From: Microgenomates group bacterium
Lineage (GTDB): Bacteria; Patescibacteriota; Microgenomatia; UBA1400; UBA12108
Reading direction: 5' to 3'
Assembly: GCA_049286965.1 (NCBI GenBank)
Contig: JBAQEX010000074.1
Location: 1 to 43,390, forward strand
DNA: 43,390 bases
Shown here: in pieces, positions 36,130-43,390 of the stretch
How the letters are laid out: every line of letters begins with the position of its first letter
Numbering within the stretch: the first letter of the stretch is position 1
Made by a program: the position numbers and the translations under genes
The notes under the pieces: model-generated
What the model saw: only the letters and a program-made list of their open reading frames with translations
Databases searched by the model: none
Told to the model about the DNA's origin: nothing

Positions 36130-38246
36130 ACTGCCTCATGATTCTTGATATCCTCGAGATTGGTGATCAAGATGGGGCGAGGCTTCGCCCCTTCGGCAGG
36201 ACCGATTACCCCAGCTCGCTCTAGTTGATCCATGATTTTGGCGGCACGGTTGTAGCCAAGCGACATCCGGCGCTGGAGGTAACTAGTGGAGGCCTTGCCC
36301 GCAGAGATCACGACACTGGCGGCTTCATCAAATGAGGGATCACGAGCGGTACTGGACTCCCCGCCATCTTCATCACCTAGATATTTTTCGGTTACTTCTT
36401 CTTTGTATTGAACCGCCTCTTCACCACTAGCTTTGAGGAAATCGATTAAAGCTTTGATTTCGCTATTGGTAACATAAGTACCTTGGATACGGGCTGGGAG
36501 GGGGCGGTCAGGAGGAACAAACAACATATCCCCTTTGCCTAGGAGTTTTTCAGCCCCTGGACTGTCGATGATAACACGAGAGTCGATCATGGAAGCTACG
36601 TTGAAAGCAATGCGAGTCGGGATATTGGCTTTTATGAGACCGGTGATGACATTGACCGAGGGGCGCTGGGTGGCAACTACCAAGTGGATACCTGTGGCAC
36701 GAGCCATTTGGGCGAGTCTGACAATGAGCTCCTCAACTTTGGCTGGAGAAGTAAGCATAATATCGGCCAATTCATCGATCACGATGATGATGTATTCCAT
36801 GGCGGTGAAACCGCTGGCTTCGTTGTAATCTTCGATATTGCGAGCCCCTACTTCGGCAAACATTTTGTAGCGACGATCCATTTCTTTGGTGGCCCATTGG
36901 AGCGCAGAGATAACGCGCTCAGTGTCGGTAATAACGGGAGTCAAAAGATGGGGAATGCCATTGTATCCCGTGAGCTCAACCCGTTTGGGGTCAACCATGA
37001 TAAAGCGGAGTTCTTGGGGAGAATTTCTAAATAAGAGGGTCGTGATGATTGTGTTGATACAGACCGATTTACCAGAGCCCGTTGATCCTGCCACCAAGAC
37101 GTGGGGCATTTTTTTGATATCGGCAATGGCGGGAGTACCAGATACTCCAAGCCCTAGACCCACGGCGAGGCGACTCTTTTCTTTTTTCATGTCGGGATGA
37201 TTCATGATCTCGTAGAGCGTGACATATTCGGGGCTACGGTTGGGGATCTCGATACCCACGAGGTTGCGTCCTGGAATTGGTGCTTCGATACGAATCTGAC
37301 CAGTCGGGGCAGCTAGGGCCAAGGCAAGATCGGTTTGCAGGGCCTTGATTTTGGAGAGCTTGGTACCTTCGGCGATCTTGATGGCGTACTGGGTGATGGC
37401 CGGCCCACCGTTGACTTCGGCGACTTTGGCGCGAATGCCAAAAGAGTCTAGGGTGGACTCGATAATACTCGCGTTTTCTTTGATGTCGCCGCGATCGGCT
37501 TTACTGCCGTGATCTTTTGAAAGGAGCGAGAGTGGAGGATATTTCCAGATTTTAGTACTACCATCTTCGTTTATTGATGTGTTAATTTGAGCTTCGAAAT
37601 CGGTTGCCACTTCACGCTTTAAAAGTGGTTTGCCTGCTGGATTTTCCTCTTTGGCTTCGTTGTTGGGAATGTTTATCTTGGTTTTGAGATTATCAGTGTT
37701 AAATAATTTAGGGGTGGAAGAAAGTGGTTTTAATGATTGATCTTTTTTACGACTAGTTAAGGCGTTCTTTACGCTACTTAGACTACCCGCAATCCACATA
37801 ACAAATTCTTCAAGAGGAGTATTGGTCAGGACCATGATCCCAATAAACATGACGGCAAAATATATAATCCCCGCGCCGATACTGGTCATAAAAATCGCAA
37901 TAGAGCCAAAAATGGTTTCACCTAGTGTCCCTGCACGACTGAGACCAAGGAGCCCCGTAAAGACGAGGGTCCCACCAAGCAACAATGAGGGCGAGGCTAA
38001 AGACCATTTGAGTGAAGTCATCATCAAACTGATGGAAAGCAGAAGGAATGGGACGACAAACATAGTCCAACCAAAGCCGCGATACATGACAGAATAGACG
38101 GTCGTGAGAACGCTGCCTGAGCGGGTGAATGATAGTAAAGAGATTAAAGCTAGAGTGCCAAAAAGGACCGAGATGATGCTGTAGATGATATCTTTTTTGA
38201 GCTTTAATTTAAAAGGGTTTTTACGCCTACCTCTGCGATGAGCCAT
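36126..38246 (-). CDS. ftsK: DNA translocase FtsK/SpoIIIE
   Basis: 706 aa with N-terminal TMs, Walker A GSTGSGKS, Walker B region IIVIDELAD, VVATQRPS and a gamma wHTH (YLQRRMSLGYNRAAKIMDQLE). Confidence 0.95.
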   Translation of the reverse strand: MAHRRGRRKNPFKLKLKKDIIYSIISVLFGTLALISLLSFTRSGSVLTTVYSVMYRGFGWTMFVVPFLLLSISLMMTSLKWSLASPSLLLGGTLVFTGLLGLSRAGTLGETIFGSIAIFMTSIGAGIIYFAVMFIGIMVLTNTPLEEFVMWIAGSLSSVKNALTSRKKDQSLKPLSSTPKLFNTDNLKTKINIPNNEAKEENPAGKPLLKREVATDFEAQINTSINEDGSTKIWKYPPLSLLSKDHGSKADRGDIKENASIIESTLDSFGIRAKVAEVNGGPAITQYAIKIAEGTKLSKIKALQTDLALALAAPTGQIRIEAPIPGRNLVGIEIPNRSPEYVTLYEIMNHPDMKKEKSRLAVGLGLGVSGTPAIADIKKMPHVLVAGSTGSGKSVCINTIITTLLFRNSPQELRFIMVDPKRVELTGYNGIPHLLTPVITDTERVISALQWATKEMDRRYKMFAEVGARNIEDYNEASGFTAMEYIIIVIDELADIMLTSPAKVEELIVRLAQMARATGIHLVVATQRPSVNVITGLIKANIPTRIAFNVASMIDSRVIIDSPGAEKLLGKGDMLFVPPDRPLPARIQGTYVTNSEIKALIDFLKASGEEAVQYKEEVTEKYLGDEDGGESSTARDPSFDEAASVVISAGKASTSYLQRRMSLGYNRAAKIMDQLERAGVIGPAEGAKPRPILITNLEDIKNHEAV

Positions 38247-38248
38247 AG

Positions 38249-39907
38249 TTACTCCTCAATTAATATGGGGATAACCACGGGATTCTTGCCGATATGCTCG
38301 ATAAACAATCGACTGATTTCCTTGGATATCCTGTCTTTACTATACAACCTATCTCTGGTCATGTCTTGTGTCCCCATGACTGTGGCAAATTGTTCTTTGA
38401 TGGTTTTAAGGGCGACAGGATCGATTTGGATGTTGATCCCTTTGGGGATAATGTCGATATCTTTGATCCCACCAGAGACGCGCATCCCCAGTACCACGAC
38501 TACTACCCCTTCCTGGAACATCATTTTGCGATCTAAGATGTGAGCATCGTCTTGAGTAATGAGGCCCGACTCAACATAGACATTTTTGAGGTCGATGTGG
38601 TCCCCAAAGTGGACGTTGCCCCCTGACTCGATGATGATACTCTGATTTTCTGGCATGAGGATATGATCTTCTGGAATCCCCATCTTTAGCGCCAATTTGC
38701 CGTACTGAATATTGTGGCGATGAGTACCACCAGTTGGGATGACATATTTGGGTTTAGTCATAGCCATAAGCATCATGAGCTCCATAGAACTAGCATGACC
38801 TGAGACGTGGAGGTCGGAGGAAATGTCTGAATAGGAGACATTGATACCGTGGCGACTAAGCAGATCGATGAGGCGGTAAACATTGCTTTCATTGCCGGGA
38901 ATTGGATCAGCCGAAAAGACTACTTTGTCGCCGGGATCGAGTTTGACTGATTTGTGGTCCCCGGTGGCGATGCGCTCGAGAGACGAACCCATCTGGCCTT
39001 GGGACCCAGCAATGATCAAACATTGTTCATCTTTGGGGAGGGTAAACATTTTTTTCTTATCTACCACTATTCGTGGGGGAATAGAGAGAAAGCCGAGCTC
39101 GGCGGCCACCTTGACGTTGCGCTCGACAGAAAAACCGACAAAAGCTACTTTGCGATTGTTGCGCTTTGCGACCCAAAGGGCTTGCTGGATACGAGAGATA
39201 TTGCTGGACATGGTAGTGACTACGAGCCTATTGGTTTCGCCACGAAACTCGCGCTCAAAAGAGTCTTCGACAATTGCCTCAGACAAAGAATAGCCGGCTT
39301 TCTCAGACCTCAGACAGTCGGATAGCAAAAGGACTACTCCTTCGGCTCCGGCTCTAGTCATAGACTGGATGTCTGGGAGCTCTTGGCCCACGGGAGTCCA
39401 GTCGAATTTGAAGTCAGAGCCGTGATAGATATTGCCCACACCCGTTTTGATGATCAAGTGCTTGGTGTCAGGGACTGAGTGAGTCACGGGGATCATTTTG
39501 ATTTCAAAGTCTCCAAGCATGATGGGCTGGCGATCTTTGACTACAATTAAGATTTTTGGATCAATGCGAAATTCGCGGAATTTTTCTTTGAGAAAACCTG
39601 CCGCCAGTTTGGAAGCATAAATTGGGATCCCCTCGCGCATCTGAGGAATGATATAAGGGAAGCCCCCGATATGATCTTCGTGACCATGGGTCACCACAAA
39701 GCCGCGGATTTTACTTTGCTTGTCTTTGAGATAAGTGATGTCGGGAATCGTGAGGTCGACGCCGGAGACTCCCTCGTCAGGGAAACCCATGCCACAGTCG
39801 ACGATAAAGATATCATTATCTGACTCGTATACCCACATGTTGTCGTGGACATTGGGCGAGCCACCCAGGGGGGTGATTTTGATTTGATTGGTTGGATTTG
39901 AATTCAT
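38249..39907 (-). CDS. rnj: ribonuclease J
   Basis: Metallo-beta-lactamase/beta-CASP with HGHEDHIGG. The homologous N-terminus MNSNPTNQIKITPLGG starts at ATG 39905-39907. The track's 44-codon extension overlaps the upstream gene. Confidence 0.92.
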   Translation of the reverse strand: MNSNPTNQIKITPLGGSPNVHDNMWVYESDNDIFIVDCGMGFPDEGVSGVDLTIPDITYLKDKQSKIRGFVVTHGHEDHIGGFPYIIPQMREGIPIYASKLAAGFLKEKFREFRIDPKILIVVKDRQPIMLGDFEIKMIPVTHSVPDTKHLIIKTGVGNIYHGSDFKFDWTPVGQELPDIQSMTRAGAEGVVLLLSDCLRSEKAGYSLSEAIVEDSFEREFRGETNRLVVTTMSSNISRIQQALWVAKRNNRKVAFVGFSVERNVKVAAELGFLSIPPRIVVDKKKMFTLPKDEQCLIIAGSQGQMGSSLERIATGDHKSVKLDPGDKVVFSADPIPGNESNVYRLIDLLSRHGINVSYSDISSDLHVSGHASSMELMMLMAMTKPKYVIPTGGTHRHNIQYGKLALKMGIPEDHILMPENQSIIIESGGNVHFGDHIDLKNVYVESGLITQDDAHILDRKMMFQEGVVVVVLGMRVSGGIKDIDIIPKGINIQIDPVALKTIKEQFATVMGTQDMTRDRLYSKDRISKEISRLFIEHIGKNPVVIPILIEE

Positions 39908-39914
39908 AAATATT

Positions 39915-40499
39915 TTATTGATTCGTAAATTTAAATGAAGATAAAATTTGGTCGAAGGTGGCTTCAATAGTAGCACTTTCTTCCGATACTGCGTAACTGG
40001 AGGGGTAGAAAAGGTTGATGGCGTAAGTTTTTCCACCAAGATTTAATACTCCATGCGAGTTGCTGAGCACATCGGTGAGGCCAATGTTTTGCAAACCAGT
40101 TTTACTATTTAAAGTTTTGTACATATAAACATTGTGGCCTGCAAACAGGTACGGAGTGCCTTCGTACTGGGCACCGCTACCCTCTATTTGATCTAGACCA
40201 AAAATCATGTGAATAAAAGCATCATTTTTGACTAGGCGGACCGAGGCTAAAGATGGTAACTGATCGTTTTCTAGTTTTAGTTCCCAGTCGGGAGGATACG
40301 TGAATGAGAGGTGGTGAACTGGATTTGAATATGTTTGCCAACCGATCGTGGAAACTACGACTTTTTTGGTTGATGATGGGTTTGTGATCTGGGTGGATTT
40401 ATTATAAAAATAGAAAATACCCGATCCAATAATAATCAGGAGAATGGCTGATAAATATAGCGTTAACCTTTGTGGTTTTGACTGAATTGTTGCTTCCAT
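39915..40499 (-). CDS. membrane-anchored hypothetical protein, paralog A (WxTY ... FDQILSSFKF family)
   Basis: ATG 40497-40499 preceded by GGAGGAatttt (the track start is GTG 40514). N-terminal TM, GWQTYSNPVHHLSFTYP, C-terminal FDQILSSFKFTNQ. Confidence 0.7.
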   Translation of the reverse strand: MEATIQSKPQRLTLYLSAILLIIIGSGIFYFYNKSTQITNPSSTKKVVVSTIGWQTYSNPVHHLSFTYPPDWELKLENDQLPSLASVRLVKNDAFIHMIFGLDQIEGSGAQYEGTPYLFAGHNVYMYKTLNSKTGLQNIGLTDVLSNSHGVLNLGGKTYAINLFYPSSYAVSEESATIEATFDQILSSFKFTNQ

Positions 40500-40513
40500 A
40501 AAATTCCTCCCCA

Positions 40514-41560
40514 CTAATAAGCTTGCATATATTGTTTGTAGTTGGCCATGTCTATTGTGACTGATTTGGTTTTGCCTTCGACGATCTCGCGGGCGACGCG
40601 ACGACAGAGCCCAGCGATGGTGCGCTCGAGCGTGCGGATACCTGCGTCATAACCAAGGGGACGGGCAACAACTGGCCACACGGCGGGGTCGATCGTGAGC
40701 TGAGTAGGTAAGAGCCCTGCGTCTTTCATACCTTTGGGGAGGAGAAAATCTTTGGAGATGTGGATTTTTTCTTCGTCGGTGTAGCTAGGCATTTGGATGA
40801 GTTCGAGACGATCGAGCACGGCTGTAGCCACATTGGTGGTGTTGTTGGCTGTGGCCACAAATAAGACCTGAGATAAATCGATTGGATGATCGAGGTAGTG
40901 ATCGAGGAAATGAGAGTTTTGAGTGGGATCAAGCAACTCGACTAAAACACCCATGATATCGGCTCGCTCATCGGAGCCTACGCGGTCAATTTCATCCAGG
41001 AGGATGATGGGGTTCATGCTACCTGATTCTTTAATGGCTTTGACGATGGCACCTGGCTCGGCTTCGGTAAACAAGCGGGACTTGCCCCGGAGATCGCGCG
41101 CACTACCCAAACCACCAAATGGGATACGGGCGAATTTGCGACCTAATGTTTCTGCGAGGGAATAGGCGAAAGTGGTTTTACCTGTTCCGACTAACCCTAC
41201 TAAAAATATGGCTGGGGCGCGAACGATTTTTTCACCCCCTTGATCCATGCGGAGTTTGATGGTCGACAAGTATTCGAGGATGCGATCTTTGGGATCTTTC
41301 ATGCCGTAATGAGTCTTGTCCATACTAGCCGCGGCTGCTACGATGTCCAATTTGTCGGGCGTGTAAATCCCCCATGGAAGACTCGCAAGCCACTGGATAT
41401 AGTGAGCGCTCCGGTCGTATTCGACAGAATAAATACCTGTGTCGACCATGCGAGTCAGGCGCAGGAGGAGTTCGTCGGCTTTGAGGCGCAGATCGTCTGG
41501 GAGCTTGGAGCTGTCGATCAACGATTTTAATTTGGTTAGTTCGGCGGTTAATTCGGGCAT
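40514..41560 (-). CDS. Lon-like AAA+ ATPase without a protease domain
   Basis: 348 aa, collinear with the Lon pre-AAA helical segment plus AAA+ module: YIQWLASLPW, HYGMKDPKDRILEYL, Walker A GLVGTGKTT, Walker B ILLDEIDR, LVELLDPTQNSHFLDHYL, TAN, LDRLE, GIRTLER. It ends about 40 aa later, and no S16 Ser-Lys domain appears in any frame downstream. Confidence 0.8.
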   Translation of the reverse strand: MPELTAELTKLKSLIDSSKLPDDLRLKADELLLRLTRMVDTGIYSVEYDRSAHYIQWLASLPWGIYTPDKLDIVAAAASMDKTHYGMKDPKDRILEYLSTIKLRMDQGGEKIVRAPAIFLVGLVGTGKTTFAYSLAETLGRKFARIPFGGLGSARDLRGKSRLFTEAEPGAIVKAIKESGSMNPIILLDEIDRVGSDERADIMGVLVELLDPTQNSHFLDHYLDHPIDLSQVLFVATANNTTNVATAVLDRLELIQMPSYTDEEKIHISKDFLLPKGMKDAGLLPTQLTIDPAVWPVVARPLGYDAGIRTLERTIAGLCRRVAREIVEGKTKSVTIDMANYKQYMQAY

Positions 41561-41578
41561 GAATCTATAATATCACCT

Positions 41579-42400
41579 TTAGAGTGCGCCACCCTGGAAA
41601 GTAGGACAATTGGCTTCGTACCACGCCATAGCTTCTTTGGTACACGATGGCTTTGGGGCGCCAGGCCCTGGCATACAATCGGCGTAGCCTGAGGCGGGGC
41701 AAGTGTAGGTGGTAGATGTATTTGAGTCGACAAATTTGAAGGTGGAGAGGATTTGATCGAACATTTTCAAATCTTGGTCTGTAAAATAGTTTATGGTGAT
41801 ATATAAATCATCATTCTTGGTTATAAAACCTTGATAATGGAAATTTGCTGTAGAGTAACCATCAGTTCCAAATTTATACCCACTGACGTTATTGATTATT
41901 GTGGGAATTACCTCTTTGTAAGTATTGTGTTCTTTCTGAAAATTTAGATAATCAGATATCTCTGGAAAGTTTTTTTGAGTTTGTATTGAAATCCCAAATG
42001 AATAATCTCCAGATTTGAACATGCGGTCAAATACTGCATTAGGAGAATCAATTGCAAAGATGAACATTCTGTCGTTACTTGGTAGTTGTTCAGTCCTAAT
42101 CTTTGCCTCTAATGGATATTTGATTGTAAATCCATATTCGTTATTTGTATAAGTATGCCAATCTGATGTTGGGTCGGATGAGGCGATGGGCGATGGTGTG
42201 GGAGATGGTTTTATTGATGATAGTTGCTTGCTGAGTGACTCGGCTTTGACAAAAAAGAAAATGCCAGATCCCAGGGTCACGAGGAAAAGGAGCGCAAAAA
42301 GAATGGGGTAAAAATAATTGCGTCTTTCGCTTTGCACAAATGAATCGGGAGAGATTACTACTGGTTCTGGAGTTGGTGTGACGATGGGTGTTTCTGACAT
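41579..42400 (-). CDS. membrane-anchored hypothetical protein, paralog B, with 4-Cys C-terminal tail
   Basis: ATG 42398-42400 lies 1 nt after the paralog C stop (the track start is TTG). TM, PSPTPSPIASSDPTSDWHTYTNNEYGFTIKYP, FDQILSTFKFVDS, then TYTCPASGYADCMPGPGAPKPSCTKEAMAWYEANC. Confidence 0.7.
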   Translation of the reverse strand: MSETPIVTPTPEPVVISPDSFVQSERRNYFYPILFALLFLVTLGSGIFFFVKAESLSKQLSSIKPSPTPSPIASSDPTSDWHTYTNNEYGFTIKYPLEAKIRTEQLPSNDRMFIFAIDSPNAVFDRMFKSGDYSFGISIQTQKNFPEISDYLNFQKEHNTYKEVIPTIINNVSGYKFGTDGYSTANFHYQGFITKNDDLYITINYFTDQDLKMFDQILSTFKFVDSNTSTTYTCPASGYADCMPGPGAPKPSCTKEAMAWYEANCPTFQGGAL

Positions 42401-42401
42401 A

Positions 42402-43367
42402 TTATTTTGCAATACACTCTCCGTAGATACTCTTGGGGAATTGATATTGCTCCATCAAAGCACATGAAGGAGGCTCTTGCGTTTCTTCGACCATAATCCA
42501 ATTACTATTTTGTTTTGCCGCAAACCATATTTCGCCAGACCCCTCAACTTCTTTGGTATATGCAATACTACCTGAGGCAAAATTGCCCGCTAGTTGGATT
42601 ATCTTTACAATAATTTGATCTTTACTACTGAGTCCGTGTGATTTGCCATAAGCATAAACGGTATCTTTCACAAAATTTTCGAGAGTGGTTTTTTCATTGT
42701 TTTTTGAGCTATCGATGAATTTGAAGGTCGACAGAATTTGATCAAAGACCTTTTCCGACTCTGGCAATGAGGTGGGAAGCTGGATAGTATAAACAAATTC
42801 TCCATTTATAACCCAAATTGTGGGAACGCTGACTTGTTTTTGACCTGACTCTCCCTTAATAGCGGCAATCCCTCCAATATTTATATGTTCTATGGGAAAT
42901 TCCCCTAGCTCTTTAGAAGCATTTGTTGGATACCAATCTAGCTCTCTTCCCCCATTTGGGCCTAAAGCTATGATCATTTGAGGCGTGTCTATGGTAGTTT
43001 CATTACTAGCTACTTTTTGAATAATCAACCTATCACCTATTTGTTTTATAGAATCTAAAATTTTTATCTCCTGTGGATATTTAAAAGAGAAGTCGAATTT
43101 TTCATTTTCATAAGTTTGCCAGTTGGAGGTGGGATCGACGGAGGCAATGGGAGATGGTGTGGGTGAGGGAACGAACTTTTCGAGGGTCATGGCGCGGACC
43201 TGGAGGAAGAGATAGATGGAGAAGGTGGCAGAGAGGGACAAAAGAATGAGTAGGAATGCGGTGAGGAAGGAGAACTTTTTGACCTGGGGGGTGGGTAAAA
43301 CAATTTGCTGATCAACGACTGGAGGGTCGATGATAATAGGTTGTGGAGCAACTGTTTCTGGTTCCAT
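42402..43367 (-). CDS. membrane-anchored hypothetical protein, paralog C, with extra C-terminal domain
   Basis: 321 aa. TM, PSPTPSPIASVDPTSNWQTYENEKFDFSFKYP, FDQILSTFKFIDS, then about 110 more aa ending PPSCALMEQYQFPKSIYGEC. Confidence 0.7.
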   Translation of the reverse strand: MEPETVAPQPIIIDPPVVDQQIVLPTPQVKKFSFLTAFLLILLSLSATFSIYLFLQVRAMTLEKFVPSPTPSPIASVDPTSNWQTYENEKFDFSFKYPQEIKILDSIKQIGDRLIIQKVASNETTIDTPQMIIALGPNGGRELDWYPTNASKELGEFPIEHINIGGIAAIKGESGQKQVSVPTIWVINGEFVYTIQLPTSLPESEKVFDQILSTFKFIDSSKNNEKTTLENFVKDTVYAYGKSHGLSSKDQIIVKIIQLAGNFASGSIAYTKEVEGSGEIWFAAKQNSNWIMVEETQEPPSCALMEQYQFPKSIYGECIAK

Positions 43368-43390
43368 AGAGATTAGTATATATGATATTT

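Noticed and set aside
39915-43367. The three WxTY/FDQILSTFKF paralogs, or the large membrane protein, as substrates of the nearby sortase
   Set aside because: None ends with an LPXTG-like motif followed by a hydrophobic stretch and a basic tail. The anchors are N-terminal TM helices.

Overview
Gene-dense bacterial chromosomal segment, almost entirely minus-strand. Only 3 CDS are on the plus strand, and all 3 lie in apparent inserts. The core is ordinary translation and transcription machinery. Read along the minus strand it runs rpoB-rpoC, rpsL-rpsG, fusA-tuf, then the S10-spc-alpha ribosomal supercluster (rpsJ to rplO, secY, adk, map, infA, rpmJ, rpsM, rpsK, start of rpsD). Coordinates 27-43 kb hold envelope, division and RNA housekeeping genes: mltG, ruvX, sortase, alaS, two GNATs, a YtxH/DUF948 pair, a RodZ-like protein, ftsK, RNase J, a Lon-like ATPase and three paralogous membrane-anchored proteins. 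The standard genetic code applies, because TGA ends conserved proteins at normal lengths. Absence of rpmD (L30), a C-terminally short AlaRS, a short-LID Adk and many small orphan membrane proteins fit a reduced CPR/Patescibacteria-like genome; this is inference, not proof. I see no CRISPR array, rRNA, tRNA, integrase, or recognisable defence or toxin system. The points worth a second look: (1) a RAYT transposase with GTAG-footed REP hairpins that splits the str operon, with REP copies lying in frame inside tgt and inside the RAYT gene itself. (2) A second, unrelated 20-26 nt perfect palindrome in three copies with a compensatory change, marking the 3' ends of two A+T-rich inserted genes. (3) A 60-nt duplicate of the mltG 3' end flanking a GNAT cassette, differing only by synonymous changes. 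(4) A membrane protein with a possible degenerate FtsA/PilM-like cytoplasmic domain plus a sortase, translationally coupled and wedged into the alaS-ruvX-mltG block. (5) A Lon AAA+ module with no protease domain, embedded in a paralog cluster. None of these is demonstrably a new system from sequence alone.
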